A DNA stretch of 63,811 bases, filler included, from Globobulimina sp. (GCA_003354225.1; 51 parts of 51 records of this genome joined end to end with filler, not necessarily neighbours in it); one strand, 5' to 3'. Shown: positions 36,915 to 50,139, numbered from the whole stretch's first letter. Notes: generated by a model from the sequence alone, not told the origin. A program made the numbers and translations.

Positions 36915-37805
36915 AAAATTAGAATTTATTTATTTTTATTTGCATGAATAATTTATTCATTGTGCAAAATAACTTTTTGTTTAAAAATAATTATATAAAT
37001 TAAACTTCTTTTTGTGTTTGAGTGAATTTTTTAGTTTGGTAATGTTTTTTGATCGGTGGTTTTTGTGTTGCTTTATTTACAAATGCATTTTTTTGGTGCT
37101 GTACATGCATTTCTTTTTTTTATTTATTTGGGGCAAACCGTTTTTGGTTCATTTTTTGACTGCATATTTATTTTTGTACGTACACAGTTCTCCATTTGAT
37201 TAAAATTATTACATTTTATTATTTGTTTAATATTTATGTTGATGTACACAGACAACAGCGCTTCTTTCCTGATTAAAAAACATCCGCATGATTCTTCTTC
37301 TCGCTTGTTGGACAAGAGAAATATTATTGTATACAGGTGAGGAGATAGATAACCGTATCCCCTCACTGTATACCGAATATTTCCCTTGCGTTTCCAACAA
37401 ACGTGAACAGAGATTAACGGTATACATGGGGCTGGTGTTATCTTTTTAAGAGCATCTTTAGTTGAGTTAGGATTAATTGTTTCGTTCACTTCATGCGTAA
37501 TGTCATGGTANNNNNNNNNNNNNNNNNNNNNNNNNNNNNNNNNNNNNNNNNNNNTTAATTAATTAANNNNNNNNNNNNNNNNNNNNNNNNNNNNNNNNNN
37601 NNNNNNNNNNTAACAAAATTTTTTTATTTATAGAAAGGTTACAAATCTTAATTGAATTTTTAATGAATCCAACACAGTAAAAAATAAATATAATTTTATA
37701 TATATAATATTACAACATATAATTTCCAGGGCCGTCTATACAAAAAACCCTTTTTTTTTATCAATACAGAATAATAAAATTAAGATATACGGTCTAAAAT
37801 ATATT

Positions 37806-38763
37806 TTAATTGCTCGCAGCGGCCTGTATTCGGTCCATTTCTTTGACCAAATCTTTCTTAATAATATTATTCGCACAGTAAAACCGGATGGCTTTGATGA
37901 GAGCTAATTGGTTTTTGCGAGTGGACGCTTTTAACAATGCCTTAATTACATAATTGCCATAACAATGGTTGATCATCGACGGTATTATGTAATGGTTATT
38001 GGTCAATACATTCAACAAAAACAATTTCTGCTTTTTATTGCTGACAGCAATGCATTTTTCGACCACATTCGACCCGAATTTATTCTTACTTAAATACAAA
38101 ATATTTTGATGATGAAACACGTCTTCGATCAATTTATTTTTGAACACGAGCATTGACTCCAAATCGCTGTACCATTCCTCCTCAGCGATCACGCATTGAA
38201 TCACATAGTTGCCATATTTGAGTTTGCTTAGATACAAATGGTTGTCGTTGCAGGTCAATTTCAAAATATTCAGCTCGTCGCCATAGTTCTTGATAAAGCA
38301 TTGGATGATGCGGCAGCCAATAATATGCTCGCAATAAAACGACAAATTCTTCTCCAACTCGCACTTAATAAAATGCAGGTATTTACAGTCTAATTTCAGG
38401 TCAAATATCGCTTGGATCACGTGATTGGTATACGGGCAGACCAAACACTGCGATATTTTGTCATTGTCGTCATCGCGATGGCCTTTTTTACACTGCTCAG
38501 CAAAACACGACACCATTTCGCATAAATAATCCGTGTTCGTCACACACGACAAACACTTCTGAATCACGCGGCAGCCATACATCGACTTGCTGAGACGCAA
38601 GAAATTGTCGTTGATGAAGTCATCGAGTAACAATTTATGCTCTTTTTCGCGCGTCTTCATAAAAAATAGCTGCACGATGTAATTTCCATACACGTCCTCG
38701 GACAATTCGACCAGATCTAAATTTTTGATACAAAATTGTATCAATAACTTGACTTCTTCGTTG
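37806..38763 (-). CDS. Pumilio/PUF RNA-binding protein, 5'-partial
   Basis: Repeats DVYGNYIVQ, YGCRVIQK, GCRIIQ, KYGNYVIQ, KFGSNVVEK, YGNYVIK. Confidence 0.93.
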
Positions 38764-39034
38764 NNNNNNNNNNNNNNNNNNNNNNNNNNNNNNNNNNNNN
38801 NNNNNNNTTAATTAATTAANNNNNNNNNNNNNNNNNNNNNNNNNNNNNNNNNNNNNNNNNNNNGCAGATGTCTCACATGACACATGTGTCGGAAATATAC
38901 TGTAGCGTTTTTGCATCTGGAGAAGCCCTATCAATATTTGTCATCCATTAAATTTGTACTGCAAGTATGTATATCAAGATCGAATAACACATCTACAGAT
39001 TTAAAAGACAACCAAATAAACGTTAATTATTCAC

Positions 39035-40016
39035 TCATCGCGCTGTCATATTTGAGTAATTGCTATGCATTTCATATATATTCAAAAACGAATCTCTGTT
39101 TGCTTTGAAACCTTCAAAAGATATTTCTTCCTTATAATCAAAACAAACAATATCTTGTATATAATAACTTACAATCTGTTCATACAACGCTTCATCAATC
39201 GCATAATAAGCCGGCGGCAATATATCCTCCGCACTCTGTGTAGCTTTCCAATGATACAAAATGGGGAACAATGACATCCATTCAACCCAATTCCCATACA
39301 GCTCCCATTCCGTCACCCAAGACTTTGGTGAATGCCATCCAAATCCTTGCATCTCATGCGACCTCTTGTCATCCTGCACCATGGCAATATCCCTATCATT
39401 AAAATAATCACACAAACGCATGATTTTATACATATCACCCGGATAATTCTCCACTTTCCCAATAAAAGTCATATCATTTTGCCGGTATTCGCCTACAAAA
39501 GCGGCCAAAAGCGTGCTGGCAGAAATGACATGTTCGTTGCCGCCCGACGTCGTAAACCTATTCGGCTCACTCACCAACTCACTGACAAAGGTTCTAAACC
39601 GCTCAGGCTCGTATTTAACAGACATAAACTTCCAAACCCGACTGGGTTTTCGAAAGCTGTCGTTGTGCAAATGAAAGAAACCTCCTTTCAGGAACCTCCA
39701 TAGATGGACATTGATGGTGTAATAACCAGATATCAGTCTAGCGATTGGTGAGCGTACCAAAGTGAATGCGCATTGCGAGCCTTTGACGAAACTGTCAAAA
39801 CCTATGCGTTCATGAACCACTCGGCCTAAATGTGAATGTTTGTTGCTCCAACTTAGCACTTTATGTGTTGTGGAGGAGCCGGCTTTGGGGATCATATAAT
39901 AAATTGGAAAGTGGCTGAACCAGTCTTGAAAAGCGTTGGTATGGTTGCCACGAATGCCGTTATCTCGCAAGTTGTGGTTTGCTTTGAGGTATTTGATGAC
40001 CAGTTCGTGCGAGCGG
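39035..40016 (-). CDS. Carbohydrate sulfotransferase family (Sulfotransfer_2) protein, 5'-partial
   Basis: 5'-PSB YMIPKAGSST, 3'-PB FTLVRSPIARLISGYY, FIGKVE, YY.QD..CFDY. Confidence 0.85.
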
Positions 40017-40409
40017 NNNNNNNNNNNNNNNNNNNNNNNNNNNNNNNNNNNNNNNNNNNNTTAATTAATTAANNNNNNNNNNNNNNNNNNNNNNNNNNNN
40101 NNNNNNNNNNNNNNNNCTTGATATCTTACGATGTCTTTTGAACACACAGATTAATGGCAAATTGCCATCTAAACGCGTTTGCTTCCGTTTTGACTTGTTT
40201 CACTTCACCTTTCTCTTCCTAGTTGCCATGATGTGACAAAAAAAAACGGAAAACTGGAGGTAACTGGAGGTAGGTAATTTTATCAGGGTATCGTATACCA
40301 GCTTCCAGACTGTTCTAGAACCTCGTAGCAGTACACAAGTCGGGCAAATTTTTTCTGAAAGTTACAAATATATAGGACCAAGAACGAAGAAGATAGAAAA
40401 ATGCTCATA

Positions 40410-41000
40410 TTAGTCATCTATACTGACAAATCTCAAAACAATGTCCATGTGTTAGGCCGTGCCATGGATAATGCCATGTGTATAAACTATTTCTGGTATA
40501 ATACAAGAAATATAATTTGTGTGTAAAATTTCAGAAACGTAAAAGAGATACAAATCATGGCATTCGTGTTGCTGATATACTGGCTAAGCGCGGTGCATTT
40601 ATATGCAGTCAGAATGAGAATAAAAATAATACCCTACCAATATCAGAGAAAATCGCCAAGAAATTGATCAATAATTCTAACATATCTTTTGTCTCATAAC
40701 ATATATAAATGGCGGCATTATATTCTTAAACATTTGGATACTTTACAGGAACTTCGATTGCCTCAATATGTGTCTCAGGTACTAATACACTTAATTTATA
40801 TCATCATATACGCGAACATCGTGTTTATTATAATGATCAAAATCGTGTTAATGGCAGACATATCCAATATAAAATCGTTGTATGCATTGTGGACGTTGTA
40901 TGCATTGTGGCAAAATTGAGGATGTTGAACATTTAATGATGTCGTGCCCGTATTATAATAATCAACGGAAACGCTTTTTTGGGCGCATATTTTGCGGAAC
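40410..41000 (+). pseudogene. Decayed non-LTR retrotransposon RNase H and zinc finger
   Basis: IYTD, GIRVADILAKRG and CMHCGKIEDVEHLMMSCPYY..QR spread over broken frames. Confidence 0.65.
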
Positions 41001-41369
41001 AGAAATGTGGTGCTTTGGCCCTGTTTTGCGGAACCAGCTTTGTGAGCAAGTCAAAGGATTGTATGGGGGTTTTGCGGAACAGTTTTTTAAATCAAAAACG
41101 AGTTGCGGAACGATCCGCAAAGTTATACAGTGATCCGCAAAGTTTATATAGACGAACGTTTGAAATCCACAAAGTATAATTAATCATTTGCTTCATTTAC
41201 ATCTTTACTTTCATAAGATTCATTGGTCCGTTATTTTGATCATCAGCGGGATATGATAGCTGATATTGTNNNNNNNNNNNNNNNNNNNNNNNNNNNNNNN
41301 NNNNNNNNNNNNNTTAATTAATTAANNNNNNNNNNNNNNNNNNNNNNNNNNNNNNNNNNNNNNNNNNNN

Positions 41370-42457
41370 TATCGATGAAATATACATCGACGAAAAATAG
41401 TTATTACGAAATCAAAGATGATCAGCTTAAGCGTTATGGATGTATCGAAGAGGAAAATGTTGAGAATTCGCATTGGATCACGCATAATTTTACCATTTCA
41501 GCTATTTTTTATAAAGAATTTGCAAATTTAGTGAATTTCCCGTTCGATGCGTATCAGTTATCGGTGGAATTAGAATTAAACGCAACGCCATCGACGTGGG
41601 ATGAATCTGTGCCCGTTTCACAATTCAAATTTTTTAATTTGACCCCGGAAGGGCCAGAAGCCGGCCTCCGAGTCGTAAGTAGGCGTAACGCGGCCAACAA
41701 GTACAGGGAGAGCGGGATCGGTAATAATTATGCAAACAAATTGTACCTAAACACGGCCTGGTTATTAGATGACATAACCATAGATTTTTCGCAGAATTTG
41801 AAGCCAATCACAAATTGTACGGCAATCTTATTATTAAATGGTTTTGCGCGAAATCATGGGAATGCGGCAGTGATCCCGCCGTCCGATTTGATATTAGAGA
41901 TTAATAAGTTTTTAGGCGATATAAACTCAGTTGTAATACATCCACCTGATTCTATATCAACTTGCATGCAGATCAATTTTGAGATATATCGGTATTATTC
42001 ATATTATTTATATCGTTTTATGTTTATATTATTTATGTTAACTTCCATTGCAATGTTATCCGGCCTATTTTTAGAAAATACTGGTCAACAATTTTTATTC
42101 TATTTAATATTGATCTTAGCAATTATTGCTATTCAATTTCATGTATCGTCACCATTACAAACCGTATATTATACATTTTATGATAAATATGCAATTGCAT
42201 CAATTGTCTTTATCGTTATGCATTTGTTGGTGGTAACATTTGTTGTGAATGACAATGATTGTTTAGATTCTGACAACAATATAAATAATCGAAATAAAAA
42301 TACATATGACAATGTTAGACCCCTTTTGTTTTTAATAATAATTTTTATATTTTATAACTTTTTATTTATAATTTATGGATTGACGTTATTATCAAAACCA
42401 AAAACAAAAACAAAACAATCGATTTCAAATAGAGGCTATAATTATAAATTAAATTAA
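41370..42457 (+). CDS. Pentameric ligand-gated ion channel (Cys-less Pro-loop type), 5'-partial
   Basis: NFPFD.YQLSVELE, pre-M1 R...YYL, four TMs, P...YYTFYDKY. Confidence 0.8.
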
Positions 42458-42622
42458 ATTAAATTCAAATAAACGAATAATATATTTGTACATGCTAATA
42501 ATAAAAAAAATAAATAGTAAATNNNNNNNNNNNNNNNNNNNNNNNNNNNNNNNNNNNNNNNNNNNNTTAATTAATTAANNNNNNNNNNNNNNNNNNNNNN
42601 NNNNNNNNNNNNNNNNNNNNNN

Positions 42623-43535
42623 TCCTGTCATACTGGAATCAATTGACTCATTGATTTATAATGGATTGGATGATGCCGTAGACGAAGATAACAAGGAAGC
42701 AATCGGTTATGCACAAATTTCAACTAAACCAGACATGGCTAAAGCACCAGAATGGAGATGGAAACCTGGAACATTGAAACAACTTAAATCCGACATTAAG
42801 ATAATAATAAATTCTTACGCAGATGAGATGACAGATAGTAGGTTAACAACAATGCAGATGAATAAGAAACGAAATGGTGTTATCCGTGCATGGTGGCGCC
42901 TTTATGGTGATTCATTAACAGAATATAGAAACGATGCATACGGCGAGTTGAGACAACATACAAATGTTTATAAGAAGGTTGAGCAAGAAATAAAAGCGAA
43001 ATATGCAAAAAAAAAACAAGAATTATTGAACGATCTGTCACAAACCATTGAGAATAAGCAATTAAAAAAACAATCAATGAACGTGGCAGTACTAAATGAA
43101 TTCCACACCAAGAAAGCATGGGATTGGAACGAAAAATTTATTATCAATTATACAGTTCCTGTACATAGCCCAGCCACATATAATATGAAATTTGTTTCTA
43201 TTGATTTACCAAACTTTAAACAAAACATAACAGTCACTCCAATGCAAAATATACGATACGATATGGCACAATGTGACGAAATTATCTCTCATCAAATAAT
43301 GAACAACGGAGAAGTAATCATGTTTATCAGGGAGAAATCAAGTGGGTGCACCAAAATTGTGGCCACTCGTTCAAAGGTTTTGCGATATAAACAAGAACCA
43401 TTAAAAATATTGAAGAAAAAGAGGGTGGATTTTGTGGCATATTGTGAAGCACAGCATTTGTTTGCAATTTTAATGGAACAGTTATTGGCTTTCTGTGTAT
43501 TTCGCGGTATGTCACTTTGTTTCTGTGATTTATAA
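42623..43535 (+). CDS. Hypothetical protein fragment
   Basis: About 300 open codons; family not recognised. Confidence 0.5.
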
Positions 43536-43875
43536 CAATTTATATGAATACGAAACAAAATTAATACTGCTGCGCATTTTTGTTCTGCAGTTAATGCGGA
43601 TAATATTAAACTTGTTTGTGCTGTAATTATTATAAATATTTAATAGTTTTTCTGATTCAATGTACTCAGCGTATCCATTGATTGAATCTTGTAATGTTTA
43701 CCCAACGATAAACTTTTAATTTGTGTTAATACATAATCGCTGGGAAAATGTGAATCGGTGCTGTTACTAATATTANNNNNNNNNNNNNNNNNNNNNNNNN
43801 NNNNNNNNNNNNNNNNNNNTTAATTAATTAANNNNNNNNNNNNNNNNNNNNNNNNNNNNNNNNNNNNNNNNNNNN

Positions 43876-44133
43876 TCCTCGTGTTGTTTTTTCATAGTTT
43901 TCATAATCTGTCGATTCACAAACTGTAAATCGTGTTAGTATGGTAACTATCGATGTTGTTAAAGACCCAAACCCACCAATTTTCAAATATACATTTGGAT
44001 CAACAAAATTATATTCATCATAATTAGTACATGTATTGATATACCGGTATCCTATTATTATAGCCGCAAATAAGTAACATCCAAATATAGGTGCAAATAA
44101 AATGGTACATAATATCATATTTCGTTTATTCAT
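43876..44133 (-). CDS. Small membrane protein, 3'-partial
   Basis: Two hydrophobic segments flanking a Cys-containing loop. Confidence 0.45.
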
Positions 44134-44586
44134 GATAAATGATTATATTTATTAGCAATGCCACCAAACCGACGTTTCTATTTGATTGCAGAGTGTCGAT
44201 TGGGATATACTGATATAGTAATTTAATGTTATAATAATAATAATCACTGATGTCTTCCACGCGAAACGAGGGGAGCAGATAAAGTAAGTATCTGTATATA
44301 TATACAAAACCTTTTGAAGTGGAGAGTAAAATATAAATGAGATAAATCTCATAAAAGTGAGATATCATATCTCATTTAGATTTTTCTCTCTTGCAGTGCA
44401 CATAAAGTATATTCAAAACAAAGCACATAAACTATATTCAAAAAAATTGCAAATCACAAAAGAAATCACCAGATCTAGAACTCTGTGATTTGTGATTTGT
44501 GATTTTTAAAATTTGTATGGAATAAAGTGTTTCTAAGAATAGAAGATTTTGAAAATAATGTCAGGACTTCATATGAAACACAGCGA

Positions 44587-45027
44587 TTATAATATAATGC
44601 ATTGACAACTTGCATTATCAGCAATTGCCTTTTGTAAATCGTCAATAATATCTTGTCTTTTATATTCTATTGCATAATCCAACGGTGTTTTTATTTCGAA
44701 ATCAATTGGTTTTATGTGTGGTTTCATACATTTTATTAATTGCTTTACAACTCCTAAGTCCCCCCGAGCCGCAGCATAATGCAGCAATGTTCTACCACTG
44801 TATTTTCCAGCCGCATAGGGATTGGCACCATGATTTATTAAACATACTGCTGTTTTAAAAAAGTTTGCTTGATTGCAGTTATCCAACCAATATGAAAGTG
44901 CAGTGTCATGACATTTATCCTCAACATTGGGATCAGCATTATTTTCAAGCAAAATATTTATTATTTTCTCTGAGCCGATGTCTGCTGCATCCATTAATGC
45001 AGTACGTCCCAGTTTGTCGCGATGATT
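44587..45027 (-). CDS. Ankyrin-repeat protein with C-terminal CaaX (CIIL), 5'-partial
   Basis: GRTALMDAA, LLENNADPN, GRTLLHYAAARG, TPLDYA. Confidence 0.88.
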   Translation of the reverse strand, partial: NHRDKLGRTALMDAADIGSEKIINILLENNADPNVEDKCHDTALSYWLDNCNQANFFKTAVCLINHGANPYAAGKYSGRTLLHYAAARGDLGVVKQLIKCMKPHIKPIDFEIKTPLDYAIEYKRQDIIDDLQKAIADNASCQCIIL

Positions 45028-45128
45028 TNNNNNNNNNNNNNNNNNNNNNNNNNNNNNNNNNNNNNNNNNNNNTTAATTAATTAANNNNNNNNNNNNNNNN
45101 NNNNNNNNNNNNNNNNNNNNNNNNNNNN

Positions 45129-45743
45129 ATGGCTGAACATATTTATGTATTGTATATTTTAATTATCTATTTTATGTGGCTCCAGTTTTACTGCAGTATC
45201 AAGAAATGTAGGAATAATATAAGAAAAATACGCGATGAAATAGCTGCAATTTTAGGAATTCATGAGAATTTGGTCGAAGTAACCCGTCCTAAACAGATAC
45301 CAAATGCGATGAGAGTAAAAGTTAATATTTATGTGAATCTCGCGTTGTTGTTGGATTTGAAAATTGAGCAAAAGATAATCGAGGCAAATAATTCCGGACA
45401 ATTACCAAATGCTGTACAAAATGCGTGGAAATTAGCTGTTGTTCCAAACATTTTGAATGTAGAATATGAGCAATATATTTCCAAACAACGAGAGCAAAAC
45501 TCTGTGAATATTCGAGTACAATCAGAGAATATTATGATGGCTCCAATGCAAAAGCAATATGTGTTGCCGCCCAAAATTCCACCGGTTGTAAGCACTGATT
45601 ATGGAGAGGCAGAGGTAATATATGAAGGCGAAGGAAGCGAGGAAAATTTCATGGATAATGATGTTGTAATGGAGGTAAATAAAACAAATATTGTTGATAT
45701 TGTTGGTTGTGGAACAATTAATGTACAAACGTTGGGGCAATAA
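45129..45743 (+). CDS. Hypothetical protein C-terminus
   Basis: Open frame of about 200 codons. Confidence 0.45.
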   Translation: MAEHIYVLYILIIYFMWLQFYCSIKKCRNNIRKIRDEIAAILGIHENLVEVTRPKQIPNAMRVKVNIYVNLALLLDLKIEQKIIEANNSGQLPNAVQNAWKLAVVPNILNVEYEQYISKQREQNSVNIRVQSENIMMAPMQKQYVLPPKIPPVVSTDYGEAEVIYEGEGSEENFMDNDVVMEVNKTNIVDIVGCGTINVQTLGQ

Positions 45744-45974
45744 ACCTAAAATATGTTGTTTGTGTTGTGTGTTTCTGTTATGTTTTGACTAGCTGTATTT
45801 TTTGTACATATTGTCAAGAATTCAATTTTAAGCATAATTATCCATTTCAAAAATTAAAGTTAAAGGGAAAATATTAAGGTATGGGAGTTTAAAATATTCT
45901 GTTTAGGATGAATGTGTTCTGATAGAAAAAGATGGAACAAAACGTTTTTTTGAAGTGTTTTTTGTGTTTTTATC

Positions 45975-46281
45975 ATGGCGGAACAACAATCCTTGGCTGA
46001 TAAAAATGCAGCATATATTGCAAAAATGAGATCCATGGCATCAAACAACAAAACCAATGACTTCAAATCTGATTTCGACAGTCAACCACAAAAAAAAATC
46101 AGTTTGTTTAATAATAAACCATTACCAAACACAAAAGTTGAACAAAGCAAAAAAAAGAAAAACAAGGTGCAATTACCAGACACCGGTTTAACTGAAACGC
46201 AGTTATTAACTCAATATGAAATTAAATCCGACAAAATTGGTTCCGGTGCTTTTGCCAATATTAAAGTGGTCAAAGGTACAT
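45975..46281 (+). CDS. Protein kinase N-terminus (CAMK-like), 3'-partial
   Basis: YEI..DKIGSGAFANIK glycine-rich loop. Confidence 0.7.
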
Positions 46282-46877
46282 NNNNNNNNNNNNNNNNNNN
46301 NNNNNNNNNNNNNNNNNNNNNNNNNTTAATTAATTAANNNNNNNNNNNNNNNNNNNNNNNNNNNNNNNNNNNNNNNNNNNNTGTTTGCTGGATAACACTT
46401 TTAAGAACATTTGGATCCATATTGATGGCGGGTAACATTGGAATTAAATAAAGCAATGATGGAAATTGAATATGCAATGAAGGAAAATAAATATACGGAG
46501 CAAGCAAAGTTCTTTCTTGTGATACAAGCAATGTGTATAACACTTATGTTATCCGTTGGACTGGATTTCGTACAATCAGCTGTCAGAAATTATTTCATAC
46601 AAACAACTAAATACTAAAACACTGACAACAATCATTGTTGAATATTCCATTTCATCATTGTTGAATTTGAATATATCAAAAAATCACTGTAAAAATCATT
46701 TTTTGTAAAAAAATCAGTGTAAAAATCATCGAATCCATGAATAATAATTTAAAAAGCGCCATATTGCTTGATTAATATCACAATTCTTCAAAATATTGTT
46801 ACCATGTGACAACCTAGGAGGGGACAAGCCCCTAAAACCCTAGAGGAATTTTTTTCTTTTTGGAAATATTTTATATC

Positions 46878-47090
46878 AAAATGACAATAATCCATGAAAA
46901 ATGATAATAATCCATGAAAATGAGAATAATCGATCAAAAATGAGAATAATCGATGAAAATGAGACAATAATCCATTAAAATCCATGAAAATGACACTAAT
47001 CCATCGAAAATCATAATATTTTGGAGATTTTCCATGAAAAATGAGAATAATCCATGAAAATGACAACAATCGAGAATAATTCATGAAAAT
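46878..47090 (+). repeat. Degenerate minisatellite, about 19-20 bp unit (AAATGA.AATAATCCATGAA), about ten copies
   Basis: Directly visible; no unique spacers. Confidence 0.85.
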
Positions 47091-47159
47091 CAGAATATTT
47101 ACGATATTTGATAGATTTTACTACACTTTGTTCGCGAAAAGTTCGACTGGTGGAAAAAT

Positions 47160-47199
47160 GGAAAATTCTCGGGAAAATTCTCGGGAAAATTCTCGGGAA
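47160..47199 (+). repeat. Tandem repeat (GGGAAAATTCTC) x3
   Basis: Directly visible. Confidence 0.9.
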
Positions 47200-47653
47200 T
47201 CGAGGGGGTGAAATCGATGAATAGGGGGGTAAAAACAATTTTAAGTGAAAAACTTTTTAGTGACACACTCAAAGCATAATTGGTGTAGTACGTAGTACGT
47301 ACGTGACTAAATAAAACACCGAACTTCGTGGTTGTCAGTTTCAAAAAATTAATTTAGAATTGAGAAATTTCTTATAAACCCTAGATTGAATCACTTCGTT
47401 AGATTCCTCTAGGGGATAAAATATAAGTTGTGATATTTATATTGTTTATGAAAATGTGTTGCAAAGACATTGCAAATTATATTCATTAAATATAGATTAA
47501 AAATAAATGCGAATGCATGATTATTGGATATCTGNNNNNNNNNNNNNNNNNNNNNNNNNNNNNNNNNNNNNNNNNNNNTTAATTAATTAANNNNNNNNNN
47601 NNNNNNNNNNNNNNNNNNNNNNNNNNNNNNNNNNGTTCAATAACTTTGATTTT

Positions 47654-48769
47654 ATGCATATGCCCGGTATCAATGACCCAGCAAAGCCGCCGTTTGCAGT
47701 GAATGAGGATGAGGTGAATGAGAGTCCAGTGACTTTTGTTTATTTTGGTGCAGTGATCCTGTTGGTTTTCATGGTGTGCTTTGGTTGGATTTATGGGAAT
47801 GATGCACATAAATCGCCCGTGTTTTGGATCTCGTGGATGATATTTATTGTGTTTTGTTATTACGCGGTGCGAGATATTACGCAGTACGATGGACATTTGC
47901 CTCCGGAGAGATATGATTATAAACAGGATAATTATGATATTTTCGACGATGACGAATCCGATTATTTTAGCAATCGATATTATTATCAATATGACCCTGT
48001 ACCGCCTCCTGTTTCTCGCTATATACACGTACCAAAAACGGAGGATATTTATCGTAAAACGGATTATGAAATGGAGATAAATGAGATTGAGATGGATGTG
48101 GATGAGGATGAGTGTGATGGGGAAGTGCCTATATTTGGCAATTTGTGGATAAAATATGGTGTTGATATCATTTTATATGTGATTATTGCGTGTTGTTTGT
48201 CGTTATGGTTCCCACAAAAACGAAGGATGTTCATTGTGATATTGACAGTGATGGCGTGTGTTTTTTTTTGTGTATTTAAGTTCATTGACAATGTGATCTC
48301 ATCGCATTTCAATATGAACCATACGGAAATAATGGAAGTATGTTGGTTTTATTTGTTATCAGTTGTTATTCCTTTCACTTCTGTAGCAATGGTAATTTTT
48401 CGTATTACGCAATGTTTAAAAATGGAGGATAATATATATTATATGGTGAAGAATTGTATATTGATTGCAATTGCATTATTTGCCATGTACTATGATCAGA
48501 CATTGACCATACAATGTTTGTTAATTTTAGTAGTGATTTATTTTGTTTTTAAATTGTTTTCCTATGCAAACATGTGGAGAATGGGAAGGGGACATAGAAA
48601 ATCAAAGAAACAGAAAAAAAGATATCGTAAAAAAATCCATCATAGACAACATTTTAATCCGTATGATTCATCCACCAATATTGGTGAAACCAGACGGAGA
48701 AAAAATCATCGCTCATTAAACTCGGACTATTGGCAACAACAAAGAAAAAGACGAAGGAATTCTAAATAG
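47654..48769 (+). CDS. Multi-pass membrane hypothetical protein
   Basis: 371-aa ORF with about seven hydrophobic segments and a basic tail. Confidence 0.55.
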   Translation: MHMPGINDPAKPPFAVNEDEVNESPVTFVYFGAVILLVFMVCFGWIYGNDAHKSPVFWISWMIFIVFCYYAVRDITQYDGHLPPERYDYKQDNYDIFDDDESDYFSNRYYYQYDPVPPPVSRYIHVPKTEDIYRKTDYEMEINEIEMDVDEDECDGEVPIFGNLWIKYGVDIILYVIIACCLSLWFPQKRRMFIVILTVMACVFFCVFKFIDNVISSHFNMNHTEIMEVCWFYLLSVVIPFTSVAMVIFRITQCLKMEDNIYYMVKNCILIAIALFAMYYDQTLTIQCLLILVVIYFVFKLFSYANMWRMGRGHRKSKKQKKRYRKKIHHRQHFNPYDSSTNIGETRRRKNHRSLNSDYWQQQRKRRRNSK

Positions 48770-48929
48770 ATTTATAGACTGTTGTTGNNNNNNNNNNNNN
48801 NNNNNNNNNNNNNNNNNNNNNNNNNNNNNNNTTAATTAATTAANNNNNNNNNNNNNNNNNNNNNNNNNNNNNNNNNNNNNNNNNNNNTTGAATGTAATTA
48901 GTGAGCCGTGCATTTAGATTTGTGCTGGT

Positions 48930-49667
48930 GAATATTCAGTAAAGCTTTTGGAAAACTGCAGAAAACTGTACGTTTCCATCGACCATTTTGCAGGAAGCAA
49001 AAAGTCAATTGGCTTTGGAGAATGATGATATTATTGGTCGACCCAATGGATTTCATTTAAGGTTAAAAAAATATTTTATTTTCAAGCATGCATTTTGAGC
49101 TTGCTTTACTTGAGTTATTTTTTAGTGAAAAACATTTTTTTTGTGAGTCAAAATGAGGGTTTTTTTTTTGTGAAAGGAATGGAGATTTAATTGTGTGGAC
49201 GGATATTACTTGGCGGCCCAATCCGACTCAGATCAAAGAAAAACAGGAATTGGATGAGGAGGAGAAGCGGAAAAAAGGCAATTTGAAGAAAAATCCGAAT
49301 TTTCGAGGGACGGGTGGGTCGATTGGACGGTCGCGGTTCAAGCCAGAAGCAGCACAGCTAACTATTAGAACGTATGAGGAATACTTGGAAGATGAAAAAA
49401 AGAAAAAAGAAGAAGAGGAAAAGCAGAGATTGGTGAAGGAAAAGGAGAAAAAAGAAAAGGGTGAAAACAACGATGTGGATAAAACATCGAATGATAAAGT
49501 TTAGTTTTTGGAATTGTGAGTTGTGTGGTTTATATATGATTTAATTGTTTGTATAGGATTTGCGAGAAAATGAGCAGTTATTCAATGCGATGGTGGCAGA
49601 GGATGTGAATGCGAATGATATTGAAAATCCAATGCCAAAGAATCGGAAACGTGGTGGTAGTTTTTGA
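48930..49667 (+). CDS. Intron-containing hypothetical protein C-terminus (weakly USP47-tail-like)
   Basis: Exons joined by GT-AG introns at about 49061-49176 and 49499-49557. Confidence 0.35.
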
Positions 49668-49868
49668 TGTTTTTGCAGTTTGCGGCTTTGTGTTTTGTAG
49701 TTTTGAAAGATTTTATATTTGCTTGTTCTTGTTTTGCATAAAGAATTATGGTAATTCCCTCGATCCGAATGAATAGATATTAATTCGGTTGATAGTAACA
49801 AATAAGAAATTGCAAGAATTATTCCAATTAAATCGAGGTAGAAAATTTGATTTAATTATTAACACATT

Positions 49869-50039
49869 TTACAGATAAGCGGTGCCATCACGTCCTTCCA
49901 TGTGATGATCATTGTTGTTATTCAAATATTGATGGATTTTCCGTTTGAATTTCTTTGCGTGGCCAGCTTTAAAAGCCATTTCTTTCAATTCATTTAATGT
50001 CAAATCAATACAATCCTCAATCTCTTCATATCCCTCTTC
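49869..50039 (-). CDS. C-terminal SAM domain fragment (absent from ORF track)
   Basis: EEGYEEIEDCIDLTLNELKEMAFKAGHAKKF. Confidence 0.7.
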   Translation of the reverse strand, partial: EEGYEEIEDCIDLTLNELKEMAFKAGHAKKFKRKIHQYLNNNNDHHMEGRDGTAYL

Positions 50040-50139
50040 NNNNNNNNNNNNNNNNNNNNNNNNNNNNNNNNNNNNNNNNNNNNTTAATTAATTAANNNNN
50101 NNNNNNNNNNNNNNNNNNNNNNNNNNNNNNNNNNNNNNN

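Noticed and set aside
46878-47090. CRISPR array
   Set aside because: Head-to-tail degenerate units without unique spacers and no cas genes
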